A DNA stretch of 61,111 bases, the filler included, from Dirinaria sp. TL-2023a (Eukaryota): the NCBI GenBank assembly GCA_051941275.1. It is 11 parts of 11 records of this genome, joined end to end, with 100 filler letters (N's around TTAATTAATTAA, not from the genome) between each part and the next. Parts side by side here need not be neighbours in the genome. Positions count along the whole stretch, not along the records: positions 1 to 5,493 come from JAVEBF010001645.1; positions 5,594 to 11,070 come from JAVEBF010001646.1; positions 11,171 to 16,644 come from JAVEBF010001647.1; 8 more parts are not named here. One strand, given 5' to 3'. Positions 1 to 12,657 of the stretch are shown piece after piece; within the stretch, counting starts at the first letter, position 1; the number at the start of each line of letters is the position of its first letter. Position numbers and translations under genes: made by a program. The notes beneath the pieces are model-generated. The model worked only from the letters and a program-made list of their open reading frames with translations. It made no database searches and was not told where the DNA came from.

Positions 1-3000
1 GCCAATGGCTTCACGGATATGATGAGATTGCTTAACTCTTACTGGACGGCCGACCTGACCAAAGCAGACAGCGTTGCTATCATCCGTGCTCTTGTGGTAG
101 GGAGTGGAAATGGTCATATTGACGTGGTGCGATATCTAGTCCAAGACATGTCAGCGGATAGCAATATTCTAGCCCCTGACAAACCCGTCAGACCAGGCTT
201 GAATGAAAGCTGGTGGACCAGACACTTTTTTGTCGTTGCACCAGGTGCTTCCGAGGAGTCGGAAGCGAGCCAAGAGGAGTCGGAAGCGAGTCCAGGGGAG
301 CGGGAAGCAAGTCCAGAGGCGTGGGAAGTGAGTCAAGAGGCGTCTACTACTGTAGCGCCAGTCATTTCCCCTCTTCAGGCAGCGCTCCGAGGCTTTTCTA
401 GGTTCAATTTTTCACTAAATATCTACGGCTCGATCTACGACAGTAAATATCAGCCTAGGAAGGCTAGAAAATCTCGGCACGAGGAAGTCATTCTGTTTCT
501 CATTAGCAACGGCTCCAAGCCCAATGATCTAGGTGGTCAAGATAAATACCCAATACAGATGGCGGTGGAATTCTGTCCAATTCATATCGTCGAGAGATTT
601 ATCTCAACAGGTATAAATATCAATGCGACTATTGATGGTAGGAGTGCTCTGTTTGCAGCCGCTGGACGCGAATTGTCCTCAGCTTTTATCGTTCGCAGGC
701 TCCTTGCAGCTGGTGCGACCATCCCGGAAAAGGTCGAAGAACAAGAAGAACTCCTCGAACAGGCTTTGCGCTACTTTAAAGGCAACACTTCAGGCACAGG
801 TTTTGATATCGATGGACACTTTTTGGAAGCTCCGTCGTTGGAGTACGTATTCAATAAAGGATCTGGAGCAGTGCTAGTTGATCTTCTCCATCGAATGCCG
901 TAGATTACAGCCACAGACAGAAGATGGACTTTGGTCTTGCAAATGGCCGCGCTGCTCAACAATCATCTCTTCGTTGACCAACTGCTATCTCGTGGCACTG
1001 ACGTCAATGCTATCGGATTTTACTACGGTATAGCATTTGCAGGCAGCGGCCCGCTGCGGACACATCAGTATGGTTCGCAGGTTGTTTGACGCGGGCGCCC
1101 TGGTCAACATAGTTAATGCTCGCTGGCACACAGCTCTGCGAGCAGCTATTATCGGCGGTCATGGAGAAATCGTAGAGACCCTTCTCAACCACGGTGCCGA
1201 TATGGAGCCCAGACTCACTGGGCAGCCGTGGTACGTTAACGGCTGGGAGAAAAAGTCAGATAATGCGCTACAGTTGGGTGTCAAATCTGATAGTCTGAAT
1301 ACTGTCAAGACCCTCCTCAAACATGGAGCAAATGCAGTGTATGTCGAGACTGAAACCGTGCATCCATTGATTCTAGCTTCAGGGCAAGGAAGTGTGGCAA
1401 CAGTAAAGGAGCTGCTTGATGCTGGCGCGCCAATAAATGTTTCCGGCAAGAAACGATCCTCTTTCATGGAGAACATTCGAGCCAAGGACGCGAGTCCAAT
1501 GCATTCAGCTGTTGCCAATGGATCCTTGGACCTAATCAAACTGCTGCTGTCCCATGGAGCAGATCTGGAAAAAAATATCGAGGAATCTGGCACACCTCTG
1601 AGTGTCGCAGCTTCTGAGGGTCGAGCTGACATTGTGCGTCTTCTCCTCTCAGCTGGGGCCAATGCGACTGATGGCGCGGCTTTGTATGCTGCTGTTAGAG
1701 AAGGAAGCATTGAGATTGCGCAGGAGCTTCTTGCAGCTGGCTCGAAAGCAGAACCTGTCCTAGCATTGGCATGCCGTCGAGGGTTGCTCCCCATGATTGA
1801 AATCTTACTAGAGAAAATATATGATGGCGAGAGGCCCGAGATTATCATCGACGAGGTGTTTGCTATCCATGGGCTAGGTGATTCTGTTTTCCGACTCCTG
1901 CTGGACTACGCCCGTCCTACCATGAAACAATTTATTCAAGTCTGTGCGGCAGGCTCCGCGCCATTGGTACAAAATATGCTAGGTAGAGGTGGTATCGATA
2001 TCAATGGACAGTTTGAGACGAATGGCGACTATCCGCTGCAGGTCGTAGCGTTGCACTTGCAAGCGGAGGTGGTCCGATTTCTCCTCACTAGTGGAGCTAT
2101 TGTGAATTGCAAGAGTGCAAAACATGGAACCCCACTGATGACTTCACTAGAAGCGTGTGCAATCTCTGTATTACGGCGTCTGGAGTCTGAAAAAACTAAA
2201 GACCTGATAGATCGATTGAACCTCCCAGATTCTATGAGATATTACCAATTTCGTACTTCGGGTCCAGGCAGCTTCGAACATGGCTCGGCCTGGGAGCAGG
2301 TCGTTCAGCTTCTTCTGAGCCACGGAGCGGACATCGTGAATGAAAACAGGCCTTTCGGATCGCCGATGCATCTTGTCTGCCTGCTAGGGAGTAAGCGTTT
2401 GATTGATTTGCTACTCGGGAAAGGGGCCGACTTCAGTGCAACTGCCGGATTTTTCGAGAAAACCATCTTCGCCGCCATCCAGGGAGGCAATCCGGATGTC
2501 GTGGATCTCGTTCTCCAAAAGGCACCGTTGACCAAACACATGCATCCTGAATATGGAACGCCATTACATCTTGCTTGCGCTAATAACTTCGGCGCAGCTG
2601 TCCGCAAGCTACTGGAGCATGGTGCAGACGCCACGGTTCTGGATGCAGAGGGTCGAAGTCCTTTGACAATAGCTCTTGAAATGAAGAGAAAAGGCGGCAT
2701 GCGCGTCGACCACTGCTATACAGAAGCACCTTTGGATATCATGATGAACCTTGCGAATCCACTCCATGTGCTCAATGAGGATCTTGTAAGAGCAGCTGAA
2801 CTAAATGATAAAGACGCGGAGAATACACTGGCCTTTCTTTTGGACATTGATCAGGACATGATAGTGCCTGAAACGGTTATGTGTAATGTTTTGAAGTGCT
2901 CACACGTGGGCAATGGGATCATCCAGCTCCTTATGCAAAGAAATGGTGGCATTGGAGTGACTGCCGCGATGCTCAAAGCAGTTAGAACTCATTACAATCT

Positions 3001-3700
3001 GGAAGAGCTGCTTGAGCACAGACCCATCTGCCGAATCACCCCAGAGATTCTTAAATTCCAAAGAGAGCGCGAATGTATGAAGCTACTACTGGACATTGCT
3101 CCGAAGACGACTGTCACTGAAGAAGTCATATTCCGGGCCGTAGAGATCGGGCATGCGTCAGCAGGGACGGAAGTGCTAGAGACACTTCTCGAACGCAGGT
3201 CAGATGTAATTGTTTCTCAAGAGATGTTACAAGCGGCGCGCTGTGGAGCAGATATGAAGATCCTGCTCAATCATCTGAGTCCTGATACTTGTATCTCTTC
3301 CGATGTTATTGCGTCGATGGAGAACTGGGGACCGTCTCAATCGTTGGCGGCAAATGAAACGATGCGTTCGTTACTCCAATTTGACCCCAGCATTAGGCTC
3401 GATCATGATACGATCCTGAAGATGATACGGCCGCCTTTCGAGGTTGACACCCTGGAGATATTTTTGGAACATGATCCGTCGATGTTAGTATCTGAGGAGA
3501 TTTTCCTGCGAGCCTTCGAGGAACGATGGAAACCTCATCGAGAAAAGCTCGTGGGATTCATGCACAAGTATGGAAATCGTCTGGTTCTCACGGAGACAGT
3601 GCGTAGAGTCATTGATGAGGCTTATCAAGACAAGAAGATGAAAACGCGATTGTACAATCTGAGTTTTCCAACATATCTGAGGAAGTTGATGTTAAATTAA
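1..3700 (+). pseudogene. Disrupted multi-ankyrin-repeat protein with C-terminal (I/V)TxExxxAA-type repeats (fungal NLR-like C-terminal part); 5' end outside the contig
   Basis: The frame is open from base 1 (ANGFTDMMRLL) and has many ankyrin repeats (HTALRAAIIGGH, SPMHSAVANGS, GTPLSVAASEG, GTPLHLACANN). There is an in-frame TAG at 901-903, after which the same frame still reads as ankyrin (LLSRGTDVNAIGFYYGIA). An extra T in TTT 1036-1038 shifts it into LQAAARCGH. C-terminal repeats: VTAAMLKAV, ITPEILKF, VTEEVIFRAV, VSQEMLQAA, VSEEIFLRA. Confidence 0.75.
253..342 (+). repeat. 21-bp coding tandem repeat (about 4.3 units, EESEASx heptad)
   Basis: gaggagtcggaagcgagccaa / gaggagtcggaagcgagtcca / ggggagcgggaagcaagtcca / gaggcgtgggaagtgagtcaa / gaggcg. 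Confidence 0.9.
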
Positions 3701-4557
3701 GGATGACGAAACAAGCCGGCATTCGTTCGCGATGGCGTTATAATCTGAATTTTGAAGACAGAAAATAGTCTCATTCTGAGGAAGAGCATAGATGACACCT
3801 CTCAAGTCGAAGATTTCTATCTAGATCATTCCCAAGGTCGACAACAAGCTTAACTTACAATTAAAAGCTTGGCTTGATACTACTCAAAGTTCTTGATCTC
3901 GGTATTATGTCCATCCAAATCGATGACGAAAGCGTAATATGTCTGAGACCAATCCTTCCTTGATGTCCATGCTCCATTGTCCTTATCTCCAGCTTCGATC
4001 GAACTCTTGTAAAAGAGTTCAACTTGGACGTTGTCTGTGTTGCTCATCAATCAATCGACTTTATTTTTTTTTTAATATGATCCACTTCTCCTTCTCCAAT
4101 AACTCGAACAAATCGATCGAGATCAAATATGATCTAAAAGTGGTATGGACCTCTTCACGTTTGCTACAGTGTGCTGCGAAGGACATATTCAATAGAGTTT
4201 CAGTCTCAATTCTAAACCTTCTATCCGACTAACTCTGAATACTTCCACTGCACAGTTTTAGGGCCGACATAGAGAAAGCAACTCATATGGGTACAAATCA
4301 ACTAGTACTGTCATGGTGCCAAGCTGCTTCTTTTCTTGTCTTTCGTCTTGTAACAAAATATAGTTATACCTCCAGAGTCAATCCAGATACCTCCTGTTCA
4401 GATAGTCCTAGCCTCAGCCCCTGACAGCCACACGGTTCTTTGCTCAGCAATACTTCAGCAGGCCAAGCAAAATCAATTTGAATTGCAACTTCTCTAATAC
4501 GGGAAAGATATGCAAAAGGATCTACCATTGTAATTCCGCTCATCCAGATTTGGGCTT

Positions 4558-4762
4558 TTATACAAAACTAGGAACCATCTCCCTCAAGAAGTCCTGGAAA
4601 GCACAGTGATAAAGGAAATTTGCTGCCGTTTCAATACAAGAATACCAGTAAGTGGCTGCATACCTAACCAATCGAAATTTATGTAAGAGAATTTCTCTAT
4701 CGTGTCCGGGACATCCAAGATCTGCGAAAGAAAGATACGACACAAGGGCATTACCAATCGCG
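4558..4762 (-). pseudogene. Possible relic of a fungal NACHT/NLR-type gene (post-winged-helix segment)
   Basis: AIGNALVSYLSFADL...FRLVRYAATYWYS resembles the CLxYLSF...LxYAAxYW motif of fungal NACHT proteins. It is flanked by stops and no NTPase domain is recoverable. Confidence 0.3.
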
Positions 4763-5493
4763 GTTCAAGATCTCTAGAATCTTCAAGGGAGTTGTAACGC
4801 TGAAACTAGTTTTTAACGGACTAATGTATACAGTACATCTTATCTAGAACAATATTCAATAGCGTGTCGGAGGCATAATAGAATTCAGTCCTTTCTTCGC
4901 GCAACATCGTCTCGAAAATTTGTCATAGCGTGTGGAAGAATACGTGGAAAAAATGATTGCTGTCTTTTTGGTACTCTAAGAGAAGAATCCGAAATATATG
5001 TTATCGATGCTCACAGAGCTGAGCAAGGAGTGCTTGGAGTAAGCACCAATAGTTATTCTCCATCTGTAGAGACCCTGCTCTGGGGAAATTTCGTAGCAAT
5101 TACTTAGAGTCCTCATCATCCATACAATCATCCACCTGCATCATACTTATGTCAAGCACCCATTGAGATATCCATCAAGACTCACAGAGGGCACTCACAA
5201 AGATCTTGCTGGAGGATTTATCAATGTCTCGCTGAAGCATTCATCAAGGTTTGGAGCCCTCATCAAGGCTTCACTGAAGCAACGGTCAAACCATCACTCA
5301 AGTATTAAAGCAACCTCTGGCGAATCTCTGCGGGGTTGATTCTCGTTCTTTGCTGCGGTCCAAGCCTGTGGTACGGACTTTTGATCCAACCAGCGAGATA
5401 GATTTCATTTTTAAATCTGTTGGTCCCATCGAGACCTTGCGCATCATGATCCAGTGCTAATTGCAAATCACATTGTCATGCGCCGAGTAAATT

Positions 5494-5593
5494 NNNNNNN
5501 NNNNNNNNNNNNNNNNNNNNNNNNNNNNNNNNNNNNNTTAATTAATTAANNNNNNNNNNNNNNNNNNNNNNNNNNNNNNNNNNNNNNNNNNNN
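5494..5593. other. Artificial contig linker
   Basis: 44 N + TTAATTAATTAA (stops in all six frames) + 44 N. Confidence 0.98.
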
Positions 5594-8088
5594 GGGGTGG
5601 TGTCTGGGAGCTTTGGGTGGTCTCTTACCGGAGTTACCAGGGACTGTCAAGCTAAAATGAACCCTGATCTCTAGTCTATAACTAGCTTCAGGGCAGAAGT
5701 GGCGCTCTCTGCTTCATCATTGGTTCCAGGCCTCATGCACGAACAATGGTTTGGATCACATCACCACCAATCAAATCTGACATCGCAACTTCTCTGTGAA
5801 CATCTTCTGACCTCCACTGCCCATGCACACTACTCCAAGAGGCAAGCGCGGCGCGTAGATGAGCCTGTGCAGGGGGAAAAAGAAGGACAAGAAAGACAAA
5901 AAAAAGTCTGGCTCAGTACTGTAACTGTACGAAGCGGGATCGCCACCCATGCTTTGACTCTCCCCACAGATCTCGAGTTCGACTCGTCAGACCTTTCCCC
6001 CATTCTAGACTACTACGGTACAATAATACATATGAATATGCCGTCTCCCGAAAATAATACCTAGGCTGCGCATATAGGAGCAGCTGTTTCCGAATTTCCG
6101 TGCTCGCCATGACCGTCTTTTCGGGTCCCCTTGGATCACGTTATCGCGAGAGAGGTAGGGGGTTGAGCCATTAGGCCGGTGTCGTGAGAAAGCTGGCACG
6201 GAGGGAGGACTCGAAAAAGGCCACTAAATATTGATGCCTGCATCTGTCTCGATCCCGAGATGAACGGTCCTGCATAACTACAAAAGGGCTTACCGCCTGC
6301 TGTGGTACCGTTGGAAATCACCGTTGGGAATCACATCACTGGGAGCTCCTGGACAACCGTTGACATTTTTCTAGAAGCCTGCGCTATCCGCTCGATGATG
6401 GGCAGTCTTATTACCTACGCGCCCTTTCTGCTGATCGCTCATGGCGATCCATCATTTCAACCGGGTTTTGCGACAGCAATGGATGCAAACCATCTTCCAC
6501 ATCCGGGCTTTGGGCCACCATCCAAGCGCTCTAGATCAACCGTGGGCGGTAACGTCGGCTAGTGGGATTACGATGATGTGATGTTTTGTGATCTATTCAA
6601 CCATGGGACAATTCTCCGGCGCGAGTGCATGATCGAACCCAACGTTTTATGAGGGAAGCAAGCAAGCAGCACATTGATGCAGACAATATTTCCGAGTACG
6701 GTGTAGAAGCTCGTCGACTTTGGTAGTGGCGCTATATGTCTGAGCTTAGCCGTATTAATAGGAGACACCCACGCTGTCCCACTTTGGCGGCAGGCCTGTT
6801 CTCCATATCCTCCTATCTGGGAACGAAGCGTGGATGACCCAGGTCAAGTAGCCGACCATCACACGCAGTAACATGCTGCTTCATGCGATGAGGCCTGACA
6901 TCCCCCACGCCGAGATACATACAGTACATACAGATTACAGAATGAGTCTTATTGTTTCGGCTTCGCATGGGATGATGGGAAGTTTGTACCAAACGTCTTC
7001 CTCCTATTCCCGCATCCCCGCCCGCTAGTCGGCCAAACTAAAATGCGGGCCTTGCCCGCCCAATCTACCGCAGTACCGCTTGTGCCAGATCATCAGGCAT
7101 TATTGCTGGTCCAACGCCTCACCCTCATTACTTATTGTCCTCAAATACAAGTCGCTACGCTGTCGCCGTGGTCCGAGTAGATGTGTACACGTTGCTGATA
7201 CTGCTACAAACCAGCTTCTGGCTATGCGACAACCACTGGGTGGCGTCATGCACAATGTGCTGTTCCACAACCTACCCGAGAGAAGAGGGAGGCGAGTGGT
7301 TCTTCCACATGGGGCAGTCAACGCTCCTTGCTTCGTATCAAGTCCGTTGGAGGTTGGTGTAACGCAAGCAGGACGGCCTGCTTGATCATCATCATCATCA
7401 TTATCATCATGTAACGCATCGGGACGAGACGCTTGATCTGATGCAGAGCCTGCAGACAAGACTCTCGAATTGGAGGATTCACACCGTCCTGCCGCGCAGC
7501 AGGGACTGACTCACCGTATCTCCATACCTCAGGACACCATGAAATATGACGACACTTCTGACACAGGTAACTTGAAGAATTCGGAAGCCAAGCGAATGAT
7601 GCTGAGGACACATATCTGAACGTATTGCCGAATCATCAATCAGACGGAATCAAGCAAGTCTTTGGATTTACGTAAGGCACTCAATTTGAGCTCCTGGAAA
7701 CATGGTGATGTAGGGGAAAGGCATATCATTCGATACTCAATTTTGATTTTTGTGGAATTATCACTACTCGCTAGACAGCGCTATGCATACATCAAGCTCC
7801 AGCCGTGTATCGTCAACATCAATAGTTCGACTATACTTGCCAAAAGGGCATCGGGGTATCATATACAGATTGGGCACATTCTGTGTGCCGTGGCAGGGTA
7901 TCACCAACATTCCCTGTCGCCGTATATGCCGAGAATCGTACATGGGTATCATCGCTACACTCGCTGCGTTATTCGTGATCGCTAGAAAACAAAGCTGCGC
8001 AAGCCGTTAGCACGCACCCTTACTCACAGTGGTCCCTTGCAGGTAACTCACCAAAAAAGGTTCAAGGAAAAGAAGAGTTTCGTTGCAA

Positions 8089-8685
8089 TCACTCCTGCCC
8101 CTCGACGATGGGACTCATCTTCCCCACCCACCGCTCCTTCTTTAACGGACTACTCCGTCTTCTTCTGCTCTTCTTCACTGGCTTCCGTTCCGGCTCCCTC
8201 ACTATGACTGGTGGCTGTCGCGTCATACTCCAACTAATCTCCATCTCGGGGAGCCCGGTCACGACACGCATATCGCCTCTCAGTTCCAGTTCCTCCAGAT
8301 CTAACAAGTCGTCATCGCTAATGTGGCTGCTTGTTGATTTCCAGCCATTAGCGCTTTGGAAGTAACATGATGTTGGTGAGGTGGTGAACGCGGAGGAGAG
8401 CAAGGGCCCTGACGGCCACGAAGGAAAAGCGCAAGCAGAGTTTGAAGAGGGCGAGTTGTACGGCACCGGTGGAGGGGTGGCGGGGGAAAGAGAGAAACAG
8501 TCGGTGGCGGTGGTGGTTGAGGGAGGCGATATCAGGCTCTTGAGCGGTACGCTGATGGGATTCGCAAATGGTGGCGACAGTGATGATGAAGAGGTGGATG
8601 AGGTGGTCGAGCACGAAGATAGCGACGCGTCGCTACCTCTTCGTACACCGCTTTCTGTGTCGGGGAACATGATGCTGGGGCGCAT
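8089..8685 (-). CDS. Ser/Pro-rich hypothetical protein (198 aa) with CAFPSWP, SSHISDDDL and C-terminal MSPIVE motifs
   Basis: ATG-to-stop ORF. The short motifs within low-complexity sequence resemble a small uncharacterised Pezizomycotina family (recalled, not searched). Basic stretch KKSRRRRSSPLKK. Confidence 0.6.
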   Translation of the reverse strand: MRPSIMFPDTESGVRRGSDASLSSCSTTSSTSSSSLSPPFANPISVPLKSLISPPSTTTATDCFSLSPATPPPVPYNSPSSNSACAFPSWPSGPLLSSAFTTSPTSCYFQSANGWKSTSSHISDDDLLDLEELELRGDMRVVTGLPEMEISWSMTRQPPVIVREPERKPVKKSRRRRSSPLKKERWVGKMSPIVEGQE

Positions 8686-11070
8686 GATGATTGCGCTTTC
8701 TTCGTGTGTGCAGCCGTCGGCGAAAACCCAAGGAAGAAGAAAAGAAGGCTGTTCAGCAGCGTGGAATGCTTGAGTCTCTTATGACTCTCTGTCCAGTCCA
8801 GACCGTTGGCAAGGTGAGTCAAAGTTAGGTAAAGCCACCGATTCGTGGGAAGGGGGCGCCGCCGCAAATAAAGTATACTTTATCGAAAGTACGTATCGAT
8901 CGGGGAATCCCGTTCCCCGTGCCTTGGCCAAGTCGCCACTACGCGCGTGGCCGAAGCTGGATGATCTTCTCTCGGTAATCGGATTCCGAAAGTTGATACG
9001 TGATCAATAATATCGAATAAAATCACCACCAGGTGGCAATATCGATCGATAAAGGATAAATGATCTTTCTTGTTTGTGATAGATTCGAGACTCTCTCTCT
9101 CGTCGCGTCCGCGGAGAGGCGGAGATGTGGTTCCTGATATATGAAACCCCTTCCACGCAGCAGCTGAAAAAGTGAAGTGAGGCCAGCAAAGGGCGAAGCC
9201 GGGGCCCTGTCGGTAAGGGATACGCCGCGCGTGAGCGTAGGCAAGTGATGATATGTACCACGTCACGAGTTGGGGAGCAACAAGGTGATGATGATGTGTG
9301 AGACCGAGTGTGGGTGGGCTGTAAGCCTGTAACTCGGTACTCTCAGGTATGCTAAGCCAAATGGTGAAGCGTAGCGTGAGTCCGGGCGCCGCACACTACT
9401 ACTGGCAACCGCAGCAAGCAAGCAAGTGAATCCTTGAATCTTAGAATCCTCTATTGAAACAATCAGAAAATAGGAGAACACGAATGAAGAAGGGTGGCGC
9501 CGTTTGTGGGGGAAGGGGGCGGCGCCTTTTCTAATATACACACACACATATTATCCATTCTCAACGGGCTTACGTGCGGATTACTATCTTACGGGATTGC
9601 GGAAGGGAAAGGGACAAGAAAAAGCGGTCGGTGGATAGCATGGATGCCTACGATATTAGGATCTGGCCTCACGGGCTGAGTTTCTGATTACATACCTTAC
9701 CTTACCTTACCTTATTCCATGGGATCTCACGGATTGGACGGATCGAATGGATGGATGGGATTGGGAAGGCGGTGACCGAGAGAGCAATCGAATACCACTC
9801 ACACACCTGAGTCCTGACTGTACCTATCGAAATCCACCGGACTATCCGCGCCCACACACATACACGTGGGAAGTAGGGGTGTCCGCGGTGTGTGTGGGAT
9901 TTGACAGGCAGGGCTGTACGGAGTAACCTTGCTCTGGGCACGCTTGGGGCGGTCAGCAACCCAAGGTTACTAAGGTAAGGCAGCCGAGCAGGGGGTGGGG
10001 GGGCCGATTTCCATCTCTGGGATGGGCTTCCGATGCACCTCACTACTGTTTTTGGAGCGGTTGCCGACCGATACGAACGAGCCGAATTGAACGACGGATA
10101 CGACGGGGTATTTTTTTTTCTTTTTCTTTTTTTTTTTTATACCGAAGGGATCGGATGGGGGGTTTGATTAGTATATCATAAGCTCTGTAGCTTCGCTGCT
10201 TTTTTGAAGTGCTTTTCTCTCCGCGCGAAGTACATTATTCATTACATATGAAATCCCATGTTTCCTCCATCTCAAATCTGTCTAGGGGAAATGGAATAAT
10301 GTGCTTTGGTAAGCTGATGAACGATGACTAACGTACTCGTACAGCGACAGAAAAGAAGTTCTAGAACGGAGGTGAAGGGTCGTCGTGTCAGATACCTTCC
10401 TCACCTTACTACACAACAATTGGATGTGCCTGGGGTTTTAATCTTGTTCGGCCGATTTTTTTTTTTGGGCGGTGTCGGTTGTCTCGGGTTATTATTCGAA
10501 ACGAGAACGATTACGGAATACCTATGCATCGCAATGAATAATGGGAAGAGGCAAGCGATGAATGCAACACCACTCATTTTAGATCCACAGGGGAAAGGGG
10601 ATTAAGAAAAAAGTCCTTCTTTCCTAATGTGGTATATACATATGTGTGGATAACTCCGATATACCTTAAACGTCTACTCTTACAGCAGTGAAAACAAACC
10701 CCCTCATCATCCATCCAGCCAGCCAGCCAAAACAAAGCCCAGCGAGAAAAAAAAGGAAAAAAAAAGCGGGGGAAATTGGGGGAAATCCTCCGAAAGGGCG
10801 TGATGGCGGTCGTCGTAGTGACTACCTACATGAGGTAAATACATAAAACACTCTCCCAGTCCGTTCTCTCTCCACATTTTCCCCCTCCGCGCTCGCGGCT
10901 CGCGATTCAAACCTCCCCCCACCACCACCAAATTCCATACACGACCCGGGAATTCTCCTTAAGATTTAAATCCACCGATATCAGTATCAGTATCACTATC
11001 AGAAGAGCAAGGTACTCCGTACGGGAAGGTATCTAGATGTAAATCCACCGAAAAACCGTTGCTTATCAAC

Positions 11071-11170
11071 NNNNNNNNNNNNNNNNNNNNNNNNNNNNNN
11101 NNNNNNNNNNNNNNTTAATTAATTAANNNNNNNNNNNNNNNNNNNNNNNNNNNNNNNNNNNNNNNNNNNN
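11071..11170. other. Artificial contig linker
   Basis: N44-TTAATTAATTAA-N44. Confidence 0.98.
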
Positions 11171-11189
11171 CTTTTTCTTTCATGTATAG

Positions 11190-11543
11190 AGTTCCTGACA
11201 ATGATGGCTCGAAAGATGAAGGACACCGACTCCGAGGAAGAGATCCGGGAAGCATTCAAAGTGTTCGACCGTGACAACAACGGCTTCATCTCGGCCGCGG
11301 AGCTGCGTCACGTGATGACCTCGATCGGGGAGAAGTTGACCGACGACGAGGTCGATGAGATGATCAGGGAAGCCGATCAAGATGGCGATGGACGGATCGA
11401 TTGTAAGAGCTGTCCCCCCCCCTCCCTGCCCCCTGGCGGGTTTGCGAGACGACGACCCCAAGCGCCCAGCCCAGACCATGCTTCGGCTCTTACTAACCAA
11501 ATCCCCAGACAACGAATTCGTGCAATTGATGATGCAAAAATAA
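11190..11543 (+). CDS. cmdA: Calmodulin, last two exons (11190-11402, 11509-11543); 5' part outside the contig
   Basis: [82 protein letters not shown]. Intron 11403-11508 is GTAAGA...TACTAAC...CAG. Confidence 0.98.
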
Positions 11544-12657
11544 CCAAGAGTGCCATATACCTCACTCGTTCAAAGGGTGGTTGTTGCCAACCAGGCTTTC
11601 ATACCCCGTGGGTTAGCTTGTTTTTCTCTCTCTGTTTTCCTCTAGAAGTGCAAAGGAGGCACAAAGCGAGCGATTGGAAGCATGTACACTGTGTGTGAGA
11701 GAGAGAAAGGGTGCCTTTTACTAAGGGCCTTTCCCCATTCCGCAGCTTGGTAGTACCAATATTTTGTTGCAGATTTTTTTGATTCGGAAACGCAAGCAAG
11801 CAAGCATCTCATTGCCTTTTGACTTTCCCACTGCATTTGCAAAACTCCTAAGTGATAACTCCGCCCCAATCCCACAGTCCCCTCCGAACACGCCTCCAAC
11901 ATCAATCGACTAATCCCCTTCCAAAGCTAATGTCCCTGCACGCAGTGCCCACTGCCATGTATGTACAACCGAAGAAACCCAAAATAAAAAACAAATCTCC
12001 TCCTCATGATACAGTTCTCCCATAAAGTAATCTTACATTCAACTCATACCAGTTTTTTTCCTTCGCAGCCCTTTTTTTGCTCACTACTTTCCGACCGAGT
12101 AGTAGACTCTTTTCTCCTCAAACCTAAGGCGGGATCTCTCTTCGTGCTACAGGCGTCGTTTGTGCGGAGTGCGCATACTTTTTGATGATATCCATAGATG
12201 GGATTCGTTGCGGTAGGGAAAGTGCTCGGGGGACTTGCTGTTTCTGGCTGGATAAGGTACTGCGATACTGGAGTTTTTGGATTCGCGGTAAGGACTGGGT
12301 TTTTGAGTTGGGGTTGTTGGATGGTCGCCATACTCTTTGGTGGTCTGGATAAGGGGTACTCGGTGGGGGAGAGGGAGGGAAATTCAAAGGAATTGCAGGT
12401 CTTGATTGCGTACTGCGATGTCGTTGAGAGGGAAGAAAAACTCGAAAGAATTGCATTTTCTGACTGGACACTGCTATGTCGTTGATCTGAGGTAATGACT
12501 GGTTTCTTGTTTGGCGTTGTTGTCTGGCCATCATACGATTATGTGATATAGATTGATGATAATCGTTAAAGTAGGAAAGTGCTCAAGTGACTCGCAGCTT
12601 CTAATCGTACAACTGCTATGTCGATGCTTGAACCGTTCCTTCTCAATAATGATTGGT

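Noticed and set aside
11201..11698. Calmodulin with a novel long C-terminal extension
   Set aside because: Read-through of intron 11403-11508; the spliced product ends normally in [11 protein letters not shown].
12044..12534. Small minus-strand ORFs between calmodulin and the TBP-like gene
   Set aside because: No consistent start, frame or homology, although a GTATGC donor-like site is present.
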